From: a candidate division WWE3 bacterium
GTDB taxonomy: Bacteria; Patescibacteriota; WWE3; UBA101185; UBA10185
Assembly: GCA_012798115.1 (NCBI GenBank)
Contig: JAAZNV010000009.1
Location: 10,156-74,155 of the forward strand
Length of the DNA stretch: 64,000 nt
Direction of reading: 5' to 3'
Shown: in pieces, positions 45,858 through 55,039 of the stretch
How the letters are laid out: each line of letters starts with the position of its first letter
Numbering within the stretch: the first letter of the stretch is position 1
Notes under the pieces: model-generated
The model's input: only the letters and a program-made list of their open reading frames with translations
Databases searched by the model: none
What the model was told of the DNA's origin: nothing
Translations under genes and position numbers: made by a program

Positions 45858-46832
45858 TTATGATTCTAGGGCTTTTATTCCTGGCAAGGTATCCTCAGCA
45901 AGGTATTGAAGCATAGCACCTCCACCTGTGGATACAAAGCTAAACTTATTTAGTATTCCTAGTTTGTCTACTGCAGCGATAGTATCGCCGCCGCCTATGA
46001 CAGAAAATACACCTTTTTCTTGAGTCAGTTTAACAGTTTCATTAGCTATTTCCTTTGTACCTGTTATATATTCTTCTTTTTCATACATTCCAAGAGGTCC
46101 TGCCCAAAGTATTGTTTTTGCACTGTTAATTATTTGTTTAAATTTTTCTATTGTTTTTGTATCTATATCTTTAGATTCTACACTACTGTTATCTGATAAA
46201 ACTAAGTTCTGAGGTATTTCTTTACTCCAATTTGCAGAAAGTATTGAGTTTAAAAGTACGTAATCTGCTTTTTGGATAAATTTATCTATCACCGGGAGTT
46301 TACTCTCAAGTTTTATACCGCCAATTATTACAATTAATGGCTTGTCTGGGTTTGTAGTTACTTTGTTTAGTGTTTCAATCTCCTTTTGAAATCTAAATCC
46401 TACGTAAGAAGGTAAATACCTTGTTATTCCAACAATAGAAGTATGTTCTCTATGTGATGTTGCAAAGCTTTCATTTACATATATATCTGCCTTTGAAGCA
46501 AGTTCTTTTGCGAAGTTAGTGTCATTTTGTTCTTCTCTTGAGTCGAATCTTAAGTTCTCCAGTATTTCATATCTACTTTCTCCTATTTTTTCATTAAAGT
46601 ATGGAATTAAATGCTTAGTGCTTAACTCTTCTTTGAATACGCCTTCTGGCTTTCCAATGTGGCCTGCAATTAAAGGAATTCCACCTTTTTCTATGATGAA
46701 TTTAAGTGTAGGAAGAAGGTTATCTAGTCTGTATGTTTCTCTAATAACATTATTTTCTATTGGTACATCAATATCACATCTTACAAATACCTTTGTTCCT
46801 TGTTTGATAGGAGCATCAATTAAAGACTGCAT
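45858..46832 (-). CDS. pgk: Phosphoglycerate kinase (compact)
   Basis: Hinge and ATP-binding blocks (...GGGDTIAAVDKLG..., GGGAML). 324 aa. Confidence 0.9.
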   Translation of the reverse strand: MQSLIDAPIKQGTKVFVRCDIDVPIENNVIRETYRLDNLLPTLKFIIEKGGIPLIAGHIGKPEGVFKEELSTKHLIPYFNEKIGESRYEILENLRFDSREEQNDTNFAKELASKADIYVNESFATSHREHTSIVGITRYLPSYVGFRFQKEIETLNKVTTNPDKPLIVIIGGIKLESKLPVIDKFIQKADYVLLNSILSANWSKEIPQNLVLSDNSSVESKDIDTKTIEKFKQIINSAKTILWAGPLGMYEKEEYITGTKEIANETVKLTQEKGVFSVIGGGDTIAAVDKLGILNKFSFVSTGGGAMLQYLAEDTLPGIKALES

Positions 46833-46916
46833 GAAGATATTCTAGCATTTATTGGTTTGACTTTATAAATTCTTAATAGTATAACCAAGAAAAATATTAG
46901 AAAGGGAGATGTTGTC

Positions 46917-47570
46917 ATGAGTAAGAAGACGGGTAATGCTGTCCAAGACGACAAGCTAACGAACGAGGAGCTTGGTGCTTTATATCGCAGGGTTTTGGAA
47001 ATTAGTCGCCGCTTGAACGACGGAACTATTAAGTATACTTCTGTGATGGGGGGTCTTCAGGAAATTATTGAGGGTCAAGGGGCAGAGGATCGGTCAGTCT
47101 GGAACTGGAAGACTATTGAGATCGGAACTTACAAGGATATGGAGTCCCTGCGCAAAGCTCTGGAAGAAGCAGGTGCTGCTATTAGGGGTCAGGCAAGTGA
47201 TGTTCTCAACAGGGTATATTTAAGTAAATCCAAACAGTCCTTGGATCTGGTGGTTTTGTCCGTCAAAGAGCTGGGATTTTCTCAAAGAGCCCAACTAGAA
47301 AGCATCCACAAAATCGGTGACGTACAGGGTTTGGGCAAGCCTCCAGCTGAAGCAGCTCCGCAGTACCTATTGGAGCACGGTAATAACCTAAAACCTGGAG
47401 AGGTTCTAATCTTTGCAATGGAACCTATTATAGACTCCTTTTGCGATCTGCGCCTGTTCTTCGTCAAGCGCTTTGGCGATGTTCTTAGTCTCGGCGCGTT
47501 CCGCGTTCGCCCTGATGACTTCTGGGATGTTGACGATCGCTTCGTGTTCGTTCGTGTTCGTTGCAAGTAG
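46917..47570 (+). CDS. Compositionally foreign (GC-rich, ~48% GC) gene of unknown function inserted between gap and pgk on the opposite strand
   Basis: GC content is visibly higher than the flanks (~33%). The 3' end contains a GTTCGT hexamer repeat; no motif recognised. Followed by a hairpin terminator. The 47282..47629 minus-strand ORF is an Arg-rich mirror artefact. Confidence 0.45.
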   Translation: MSKKTGNAVQDDKLTNEELGALYRRVLEISRRLNDGTIKYTSVMGGLQEIIEGQGAEDRSVWNWKTIEIGTYKDMESLRKALEEAGAAIRGQASDVLNRVYLSKSKQSLDLVVLSVKELGFSQRAQLESIHKIGDVQGLGKPPAEAAPQYLLEHGNNLKPGEVLIFAMEPIIDSFCDLRLFFVKRFGDVLSLGAFRVRPDDFWDVDDRFVFVRVRCK

Positions 47571-47578
47571 GTTCTTTG

Positions 47579-47620
47579 AACTCCGTGTTTTTGGATTTTT
47601 CTATACCAAAGCACGGAGTT
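47579..47620 (+). terminator. Hairpin terminator after the GC-rich gene, abutting the gap stop codon
   Basis: AACTCCGTG...CACGGAGTT (9-bp outer stem with an inner TTTGG/CCAAA pairing) followed by TTTTATT. Confidence 0.5.
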
Positions 47621-47621
47621 T

Positions 47622-48698
47622 TTATTCACTCATCATTATTGCCATATCAACAAGTCTATTACTGTATCCCCATTCATTGTCATACCAAGCAAATATCTTA
47701 ACTAAATTCTTATCTATAACCTTAGTCATAGACAAATCTACTACTGCAGAGTAGGGGTTTCCAATAATATCTGAAGATACAATAGGTTCATAAGTAACTT
47801 GGATAACATCCTTGTAAATTGAATTTTTAGAAGCTTCTTCAAATGCTTTATTTACTTCATCTTCAGTAACATTCTTTTCAACCAAAGCTGTAATATCAGA
47901 TAAAGACCCTGTAACAATTGGAACTCTAAGAGATACACCATCAAATTTTCCCTTAAGATTTGGCAATGCTTCTGTTGTTGCGTCTGCAGCACCAGTAGTT
48001 GTAGGTATTATATTGTAACCAGATGACCTAGCCCTTCTTAAATCTACCTTTTCTCCAGATGGTGGAGTATCCACAACACTCTGATTATTTGTTATTGCAT
48101 GAATAGTACTCATTCCAGCTTTAATAATCTTGAAATTCTTGTCAAGAATAGCTAGCACTGGAGAAATACAGTTCGTTGTACAAGAAGCATTTGAGATAGC
48201 ATTTTGACCTAAATACTGTGAATCATTAACCCCTTTCATAAATGTTTGAATAGTTCCACCTTTTGTTGGAGCAGACACTATTACTTTCTTAGCTCCTGCC
48301 TTTATATGTTCCAATGCACTGTCATCTTTAGTAAATCTTCCTGTGCATTCCAAAACAATATCAATATTTAGCTTTTTCCATGGTAATTTGCTTGGTTCTT
48401 TTTCTGAAGTTACTAAAGTTCTTTTTCCGTCTACAATAAGATAATTTTCATTTCCCTTAATATCAAAAAACTCCTTTTCTCCCTTATTGTCTTCCAGTCT
48501 TGTCTTTTTACCATCTTCTTCTATGTATATTTCCTTGTTGTAAACTCCATAAACCGTGTCATATTTTAAAAGGTGAGCTAAGACTCGAGGATTAGTTAAA
48601 TCATTGATAGCAGCAATGCTTAATCCTTTTTCAAGAGCAATCTTGAAAGAAGATCTCCCTATTCTTCCAAATCCATTTATTGCAAGCTGGGCAGTCAT
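47622..48698 (-). CDS. gap: Glyceraldehyde-3-phosphate dehydrogenase (type I)
   Basis: INGFGRIGR N-terminus and the active-site context ASCTTNC. Confidence 0.9.
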   Translation of the reverse strand: MTAQLAINGFGRIGRSSFKIALEKGLSIAAINDLTNPRVLAHLLKYDTVYGVYNKEIYIEEDGKKTRLEDNKGEKEFFDIKGNENYLIVDGKRTLVTSEKEPSKLPWKKLNIDIVLECTGRFTKDDSALEHIKAGAKKVIVSAPTKGGTIQTFMKGVNDSQYLGQNAISNASCTTNCISPVLAILDKNFKIIKAGMSTIHAITNNQSVVDTPPSGEKVDLRRARSSGYNIIPTTTGAADATTEALPNLKGKFDGVSLRVPIVTGSLSDITALVEKNVTEDEVNKAFEEASKNSIYKDVIQVTYEPIVSSDIIGNPYSAVVDLSMTKVIDKNLVKIFAWYDNEWGYSNRLVDMAIMMSE

Positions 48699-48719
48699 AT
48701 TTTAATTCTACAACATTAA

Positions 48720-48986
48720 CTAATTTAAAAGTGAATTCAACCAAGTTTTTAACATCTCTTTAGGCATTGCACCTGTTCTTCTATCTATTTCTTTATCATC
48801 TTTCAAGGCTACAAATGTTGGAATGCTCATAATATTAAACTTTGATGCTAGATCTGATTCTGCTTCTACATCAGATTTCTGGAATTGTATCTTTCCTTGG
48901 TAATCACCTTCAATTTCTTCAAATATTGGGGCCATTATCTTGCACGGTCCACACCAATCTGCATAAAAATCTATTAATTTAATCAT
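48720..48986 (-). CDS. trxA: Thioredoxin (minimal, 88 aa)
   Basis: WCGPC active site. Confidence 0.85.
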   Translation of the reverse strand: MIKLIDFYADWCGPCKIMAPIFEEIEGDYQGKIQFQKSDVEAESDLASKFNIMSIPTFVALKDDKEIDRRTGAMPKEMLKTWLNSLLN

Positions 48987-49066
48987 TTCAAATCTCCTAA
49001 GATGAAAATATATTTACTAAATAAAACTGCTGGGATCTATGATAACATAATCTTTGTTTACTCACT

Positions 49067-50080
49067 ATGAAAAATATTTCAAGAAGAAAATATACTCTTT
49101 TTCTATTGATTTTAATGCTTCTTATAACCGTCTTTATTTTTGGGGAAGGACTTTTTAAGAAAGTATTTAAAGATGAGTTTCTTGTTAAAGAAGATTTAAC
49201 AGAAAAAAATTATTATTCTACGCTTTTAATCAACACATTAAGTGATTCCGGAAGCTCACCTGATTTTAGTATCCTCCAGTCTAATTGGAATCCTGGAGAA
49301 GAGTATGGTACGTCCAATCAGCCTGAGATATCAGGAGAAAGTGGCATAGTTGTAGACATAAATTCTGGGAGGATTCTTTATGAGAAAAATTCTACACAAA
49401 GGTTAAAAATTGCAAGTTTAACTAAAATTATGACTGCTGTAGTTGCTTTAGAACATAAGAATATTAATGATGAGATTGTTGTTTCCTTAAAAGCTTCATC
49501 TATTGGAGAAAATGTTATGGGTATATCAGAAAGTGAAGTATACACACTAGAAGAACTTCTTTATGGGCTGATTTTAAATTCTGGAAATGATGCTGCATAT
49601 GCAATTGCAGAAGGAGTTGCTGGGAACTCCGACACATTTGTTAAGTGGATGAATATGAAAGCAAAGGAATTGAATTTAAATGATACGTATTTTACTGACC
49701 CTTGTGGTTTAAACGATGAAACTTATTCCACTTCAGTAGATTTAGTTAAGTTATCTAGGTATGCAATGCAAAAAGAAGAGTTTAGGAAGATAGTAAGTAC
49801 GGTTAGTATGGAGCTTCCTTATTCTGAAAAACATAAATATATTTATTTGGAAAACCAAACTAATCTTTTAACTACATATCCTGGAGTTGCAGGAATAAAA
49901 ACAGGGTATACAGAAGAAGCAGGGTATTGTTTAGTTTCTTATACAAAGAATAATAACATTGAGCTAATTGGAGCAGTCTTAAATAGTGAAAATAGGAAGT
50001 TTGATATGATTTTTATGCTCGATCACAGTTATTCCACATTGGGAGTTGTAATCGAGCATCCTTTACTTCAATTTTATTAA
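49067..50080 (+). CDS. D-alanyl-D-alanine carboxypeptidase (serine-type, PBP5/6-like)
   Basis: N-terminal TM, SxxK motif (ASLTK), SGN motif (LNSGND) and a KTG motif (IKTGYT). Confidence 0.8.
   Translation: MKNISRRKYTLFLLILMLLITVFIFGEGLFKKVFKDEFLVKEDLTEKNYYSTLLINTLSDSGSSPDFSILQSNWNPGEEYGTSNQPEISGESGIVVDINSGRILYEKNSTQRLKIASLTKIMTAVVALEHKNINDEIVVSLKASSIGENVMGISESEVYTLEELLYGLILNSGNDAAYAIAEGVAGNSDTFVKWMNMKAKELNLNDTYFTDPCGLNDETYSTSVDLVKLSRYAMQKEEFRKIVSTVSMELPYSEKHKYIYLENQTNLLTTYPGVAGIKTGYTEEAGYCLVSYTKNNNIELIGAVLNSENRKFDMIFMLDHSYSTLGVVIEHPLLQFY
49995..50079 (+). repeat. 85-bp perfect direct repeat, copy 1 (3' end of the carboxypeptidase gene)
   Basis: GGAAGTTTGATATGATTTTTATGCTCGATCACAGTTATTCCACATTGGGAGTTGTAATCGAGCATCCTTTACTTCAATTTTATTA, identical to 50615-50699. 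Confidence 0.85.
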
Positions 50081-50081
50081 T

Positions 50082-50588
50082 TCAATCGGTGGCTTTAACA
50101 ATAACAATTCCTTTGGCCTCACCTACTTGCGTATAAAGACCTGAGGACAGCTTTTCTCCAGTCGGTATTGTTATTGGGCCCATTCTAAAACTATCGCGTT
50201 GAGGAAAATAAATCTTTTGTATTCTTGGTTCGTACCCCTTAAGTTTATACAGAATGTATCCCATAAGTGTGTTTTTTACGTAGTTTATGAAATGTTTGTT
50301 TTCACGTAGAACGCAAGCTGATGCCAACTCGTCATCGGTTCTTGTTCCTTTTTTTGGTTTCACATATAAAACAAAACTTACACTAGCAAACCATTCCAGG
50401 GCAGAACTAGGATGCTTCTCTTTCCAAATTGCCATACGACTAAGATCTGTGTCAAGAGAATAAATTACCCATTCTATACCGCTGCTTGGTGCCTTAAAGC
50501 ACTTGTCGTAATAATCCATTTGTCGCTCCTTTTCTAGTCTTTTCCTTTTGATTTTCTGGATTGTAGCAGTAAAGAGTTTTGTATTCAA
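50082..50588 (-). CDS. Hypothetical protein encoded between the two direct-repeat copies (cargo of a small insertion)
   Basis: 168-aa ORF in a slightly more GC-rich 535-bp segment bounded by the 85-bp repeats. No motif recognised. Confidence 0.4.
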   Translation of the reverse strand: MNTKLFTATIQKIKRKRLEKERQMDYYDKCFKAPSSGIEWVIYSLDTDLSRMAIWKEKHPSSALEWFASVSFVLYVKPKKGTRTDDELASACVLRENKHFINYVKNTLMGYILYKLKGYEPRIQKIYFPQRDSFRMGPITIPTGEKLSSGLYTQVGEAKGIVIVKATD

Positions 50589-50614
50589 CTCTGCAAGTCT
50601 TGGTTATTTAAGTG

Positions 50615-50699
50615 GGAAGTTTGATATGATTTTTATGCTCGATCACAGTTATTCCACATTGGGAGTTGTAATCGAGCATCCTTTACTTCAATTTTATTA
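50615..50699 (+). repeat. 85-bp perfect direct repeat, copy 2 (non-coding duplicate of the carboxypeptidase 3' end)
   Basis: Identical to 49995-50079. The next base differs (G vs A), turning the TAA stop context into TAG. Confidence 0.85.
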
Positions 50700-51131
50700 G
50701 TTGTTTACCTGTGTTGGTATTGATCGCATTACAGAAGCTACACCTCTTAACACATAACATTCTGAGTTAGACATGTAAGTGTCTCTTCTGGTTTTTGCAA
50801 GTACCCTGTCATAAACTCTTATTTCAACCCCTTCTTTTTTAAGCAATACTCTAGCTCTTGGAGCAACTTTCCTTGATACTGTAGATAACAGGTTGTTGGT
50901 GTATTTCCTGGATTCATAGTCTACCCCATTTAATATCTCTTGAAGATCAAGTTTCTTGTCTTTTGGCTTCGACCTTAAAATTGCTTGGAATGATACCTGT
51001 GCTATCTTGACGTGCCCATCTAATTTCTTTGCATAGGGATACTTGTATACTACTTTTGGAAACCATACTAAAAAGACCGTTACTGATTTTTGGTGTATAA
51101 ATACCGTAAATTCTGTGCCTTCTCCTCCCAT
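50697..51131 (-). CDS. Hypothetical basic protein abutting repeat copy 2
   Basis: 144 aa, K/R-rich, no motif recognised. Its 3' end overlaps the end of repeat copy 2. Confidence 0.35.
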   Translation of the reverse strand: MGGEGTEFTVFIHQKSVTVFLVWFPKVVYKYPYAKKLDGHVKIAQVSFQAILRSKPKDKKLDLQEILNGVDYESRKYTNNLLSTVSRKVAPRARVLLKKEGVEIRVYDRVLAKTRRDTYMSNSECYVLRGVASVMRSIPTQVNN

Positions 51132-51235
51132 CGTCTTTCCTTTCTTTATTTATCGCTTGGATTCTACCAATAAACATCTTGTATTTCAATTCTATAAGCT
51201 TTGATTATAAATTGCATATTTGTAATAATAAAGAC

Positions 51236-51766
51236 ATGGAAAACAATAAACGTAAGAGTATATTCCCTTTAGTTGTAATATTTCTATTCATTGGAATTCT
51301 AGTATTTGGAGCTTATTGGTATGGTAAACAATCTTCCTTAGAAAACACAAAGAATGAAATAGAAGAGTCAAAAGAATCTACTTCTTCAAAAGACGAGGAG
51401 AAAAAAGATGAAGGAGAAAATGGCAAAGAAGATGAATCTGAAAAGATGAAAGAAGAAGATACAGAAGAAGAAATAAAAACAGAGCTAAAGAAGCTATTTG
51501 CAGTTAAATATAATAAAGAAATTGAAGATGTAAGTATAACAATAAGTCAAAGAAAAGGAGACTACATTGTAGGTGGCGTTAAATTTACTGGAGAAATGGC
51601 TGGTGGGTATTTGTTAGGTGCTAAGGTCAATGGGGAGTGGAAGATAATATTTGATGGTAATGGGACTATTCCATGTAGTTCAGTAGATAAAGTAGATTTT
51701 CCGTCTGATTTAGTTACAGAATGCTGGGATACAGTAAACATGGAATCTGTTGATAGAACAAAGTAA
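51236..51766 (+). CDS. N-terminally anchored protein with acidic linker and small C-terminal domain; start refined to second ATG
   Basis: MENNKRKSIFPLVVIFLFIGILVFGAYWYG is the TM; the E/K-rich linker encodes ~100 aa. The upstream ATG at 51179 adds a non-hydrophobic leader. Confidence 0.4.
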   Translation: MENNKRKSIFPLVVIFLFIGILVFGAYWYGKQSSLENTKNEIEESKESTSSKDEEKKDEGENGKEDESEKMKEEDTEEEIKTELKKLFAVKYNKEIEDVSITISQRKGDYIVGGVKFTGEMAGGYLLGAKVNGEWKIIFDGNGTIPCSSVDKVDFPSDLVTECWDTVNMESVDRTK

Positions 51767-51835
51767 CAAACAATAAACAAAACCATCAATTGATTTTCTT
51801 AAGGTTACTAAGTTAATAGGTGATATTATATTTTC

Positions 51836-53815
51836 GTGTCTAAAAATAATTCCCAAGATAAATCTGAACTACTTAAGAAGTTAAACCTCCAGCAGATAGA
51901 AGCTGTGAAGCACTTAAATGGTCCTGCACTTGTTGTAGCAGGTCCTGGAAGTGGTAAAACAAGAGTATTGACCCACAGAGTTGCTTATTTAATAAAAGAA
52001 AAGAAAATCCCGGAGGCTAATATCTTATGTGTGACTTTTACAAATAAAGCAGCTGATGAAATAAAGTCTAGAGTTAGTGTTTTACTTTCTAATAATCAAG
52101 AATCTTCAAAACTTCCTTGGAGTGGAACATTTCACTCAATATGTTCAAAAATCCTTAGAAAGGATGGAATAAACATTGAAATACCCCCATCTTATGTGAT
52201 TTATGATACGGATGATTCGTCAGATGTAATAAAAGGAATACTTAAGGATTTTGGAATTGATTCTAAGAGATTTCATCCCAAGGCTGTATGGGAAACAATA
52301 TCTAGTGCCAAGTCAGAGCTTGTTCCACCGCTTGATTATGAAGGCTATGCTCAAGGTTATTACCAAAGGACAGTTGCTAAAGTTTATCCTGAGTATCAAA
52401 AGAGATTAAAAGATAACAACGCCTTGGACTTTGATGATCTTCTTTTTGAAACAGTAAGATTATTTGACGAGATTCCTCACATTTTGGAGAAATATCAAAA
52501 CTTATTTAAGTACATTCTTGTGGATGAATATCAAGATACAAATAAAGCACAATATATTTTGACTAAACAATTATCTAATTCCCACAAGAATATATTTGTG
52601 GTTGGAGATATGTCGCAAGCTATTTACTCTTTTAGAGGAGCTGATTTTAGAAATATACTTAACTTTCAAAAAGATTACCCTGAAGCCAAAATATACAACT
52701 TAGAACAAAATTATAGATCAACCCAAAACATCTTAGATGCTGCTAAGAACGTGATAAAGAATAATTCCACTCATATCCCTCTTGATTTATGGACTGAAAA
52801 TGAAGGTGGGGAGAAAGTAGTGGTTTTTTCTGGAGGTACAGACAAAGAAGAAATATCTTTTGTCATAAATGAAATAACTAATCAAATATCTTTAGGTAAG
52901 TCATTTGGTGATGTTGCTGTCTTGTATAGAACTAATGCTCAGTCTAGAGCAATGGAAGAGGCTTTAATTAAAAATAATATCCCATATAGAATATTTGGAG
53001 GTGTAAGGTTTTACTCTAGGAAGGAAATAAAAGATATTGTTGCTTACCTTCGTGTTATTCATAACCCTAAGGACTCTGTTTCATGGAAAAGAATAATAAA
53101 TATACCTCCAAGAGGAATAGGACAAAAAACTATGGAAAAGCTAAAAGAAGGAAAATGGGACATTGAAGAAGTGGAGAAGGTGTCTAAACTCCCACTTTCT
53201 AAATGGATAAAAAGCAAAGAAGCTTTATCCACCAATGAGCTAATGGATATAGTCTTAAATGACACAGGGTATATTAAGTGGCTTGATGATGGCGCAGAAG
53301 AAGCTTTGTCTAGAGTGGAAAACGTCAAAGAACTAAGATCTGTTGCTTCTCTTTTTGTAAATCTTGAAGATTTTCTTGAGAATATTTCTTTAATAGAAAA
53401 TACAGAAAAGCCTAGTGATGTAAAAAATACAAACTCTGTAACTTTGCTTACCGTTCATTCTGCAAAAGGACTAGAGTTTGGTGTTGTCTTTATCATTGGA
53501 ATGGAGGAAGGGTTGTTTCCTCATGCTCAGTCTATTGGGGAAGCACAAGATTTGGAAGAAGAAAGGAGGCTTTGTTATGTCGCAATTACGAGAGCAAAAG
53601 AAAAAGTTTATTTAACTAATGCTAAGTCAAGACTTTACTTTGGAAATATTCAAGCAAATCTTCCAAGTAGATTTTTGTTGGAGATTCCAAGTAAGTTGAT
53701 TGATTTTAAGGGAATTAATTTTACTAACTACTTTGGCAATCATTTTAAGAGTACATCCGACAATGATTTTTTAGATGACTTAGATTTAAATAGAAACTTT
53801 TTTAAGTGGGAATAG
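51836..53815 (+). CDS. UvrD/PcrA-family SF1 DNA helicase (compact, 659 aa)
   Basis: QQIEAVKH..GPALVVAGPGSGKTRVLTHRVAYLI, DEYQDTN and the other UvrD motifs. Confidence 0.85.
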   Translation: MSKNNSQDKSELLKKLNLQQIEAVKHLNGPALVVAGPGSGKTRVLTHRVAYLIKEKKIPEANILCVTFTNKAADEIKSRVSVLLSNNQESSKLPWSGTFHSICSKILRKDGINIEIPPSYVIYDTDDSSDVIKGILKDFGIDSKRFHPKAVWETISSAKSELVPPLDYEGYAQGYYQRTVAKVYPEYQKRLKDNNALDFDDLLFETVRLFDEIPHILEKYQNLFKYILVDEYQDTNKAQYILTKQLSNSHKNIFVVGDMSQAIYSFRGADFRNILNFQKDYPEAKIYNLEQNYRSTQNILDAAKNVIKNNSTHIPLDLWTENEGGEKVVVFSGGTDKEEISFVINEITNQISLGKSFGDVAVLYRTNAQSRAMEEALIKNNIPYRIFGGVRFYSRKEIKDIVAYLRVIHNPKDSVSWKRIINIPPRGIGQKTMEKLKEGKWDIEEVEKVSKLPLSKWIKSKEALSTNELMDIVLNDTGYIKWLDDGAEEALSRVENVKELRSVASLFVNLEDFLENISLIENTEKPSDVKNTNSVTLLTVHSAKGLEFGVVFIIGMEEGLFPHAQSIGEAQDLEEERRLCYVAITRAKEKVYLTNAKSRLYFGNIQANLPSRFLLEIPSKLIDFKGINFTNYFGNHFKSTSDNDFLDDLDLNRNFFKWE

Positions 53816-53897
53816 TTTGATTTATTTTGACTTGCTTGATTTGCTAACCTATCTTTTTTTATGTTACATTTACGCAAATAAGTAAAAAGGAGGATGA

Positions 53898-54218
53898 ATG
53901 AGCAGGATGATCCCATGTGTAGTTAAGCTCACTGGTGACCCTAGGTTTTATGTAGTTGGATCAAGCAATGGTAAGGTGATTTCAATCCTTATTTCTTGTG
54001 AAGGTAAGCAAATTTTTGAGCCCTTATCAAATAAGGAAATTCGTTTAAAACCTGCTGACAGTGCTAGCTTCCTTAATTGTATAAAGGACTTAAGAAACAA
54101 ACCTTCTATCTTGGTCTGTGAGTTTAAAACTTATGAAGAAGCTGAATTTGCAGCTGCTAAAGCATATGGAGTTGATTATGACTTAGTCGATTTTATATGC
54201 TTGTATACCCCCGTATGA
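53898..54218 (+). CDS. Small hypothetical protein with strong SD
   Basis: AAGGAGG 5 nt upstream of the ATG; 106 aa, no motif. Confidence 0.4.
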   Translation: MSRMIPCVVKLTGDPRFYVVGSSNGKVISILISCEGKQIFEPLSNKEIRLKPADSASFLNCIKDLRNKPSILVCEFKTYEEAEFAAAKAYGVDYDLVDFICLYTPV

Positions 54219-54231
54219 AATTTATACGGGG
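54209..54231 (+). terminator. Rho-independent terminator overlapping the stop codon (CCCCGTAT/ATACGGGG stem)
   Basis: 8-bp GC-containing stem with a 7-nt loop, followed by a T-rich tract. Confidence 0.5.
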
Positions 54232-54258
54232 AGTTTCATTTTAATGTAAAATATCCAT

Positions 54259-55035
54259 ATGTATGAGCCGATTAAATCTCTTGGGCAAAACTTCCTTGTG
54301 GATATGAATGTTGCAAGAAATATGGTTGATTCTCTTTATATTGTTGATGGCGATGAGATTATTGAAGTAGGGCCGGGGCATGGGGCCTTGACGGAGTTTT
54401 TGGTTGATAAGATAAGAAATACCAACTCAAGGCTTTACTCTATTGAAATAGATGAAAGATTTTATGAAAAGCTTCTTGGTATGTACACTGCTAGTAACGT
54501 TGAGATAATAAACCAAAACATCTTAGATTATCTTCCAAAATTTAGCCCTTCCATAGATTTTAAAGTTATTGGTTCTTTGCCTTATTACATAACATCACCA
54601 ATTATTCACAACATTGTTTATATGTTTAAGAAGCCAAAGATTTGTGTATTTCTTGTTCAAAAAGAAGTTGCTGAGAAAATCAAAAGCAAAGCACCAGACT
54701 CTTCTTATATGTCTTGTTTTATTCAAACCTTCTTTGAAGTTGAATACATTGGTAAAGTCCCAAAGAATAAGTTCAAACCTGAGCCTAAAGTAGATGGCGG
54801 AATAATTAAACTTACAAGAAAAGACTTGAGTAGAGATTTGAATACTAATCAAAGTTTCGTTAGGAAGTATGAAGGATTCTTACATAAGGCATTTTCTAAT
54901 CCTAGAAAAATGCTAAACAAAGTCTTTTCTAAGGAAGAATTAGAAACTGGAAATATTAGTCCTTCTTTGAGAGCCCAAAATTTAAATGCAAATGATTGGT
55001 TAAGTTTTTATAAAATTTTAAATAAGGTTAATTAA
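54259..55035 (+). CDS. rsmA: 16S rRNA (adenine1518/1519-N6)-dimethyltransferase
   Basis: LGQNFLVD...VEVGPGHGALTEFL; KsgA/Dim1 SAM-binding motif. Confidence 0.9.
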   Translation: MYEPIKSLGQNFLVDMNVARNMVDSLYIVDGDEIIEVGPGHGALTEFLVDKIRNTNSRLYSIEIDERFYEKLLGMYTASNVEIINQNILDYLPKFSPSIDFKVIGSLPYYITSPIIHNIVYMFKKPKICVFLVQKEVAEKIKSKAPDSSYMSCFIQTFFEVEYIGKVPKNKFKPEPKVDGGIIKLTRKDLSRDLNTNQSFVRKYEGFLHKAFSNPRKMLNKVFSKEELETGNISPSLRAQNLNANDWLSFYKILNKVN

Positions 55036-55039
55036 AATT

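Noticed and set aside
47541-47566. GTTCGT hexamer tandem repeat (ttcgtgttcgttcgtgttcgtt)
   Set aside because: Only ~4 units, inside the 3' end of the GC-rich ORF. Too short to call a functional repeat array and not CRISPR-like.
47282-47629. 115-aa Arg-rich ORF on the minus strand inside the GC-rich gene
   Set aside because: Mirror-frame artefact of the GC-rich segment. Low-complexity R/S/T composition, overlaps a better ORF and the hairpin terminator.
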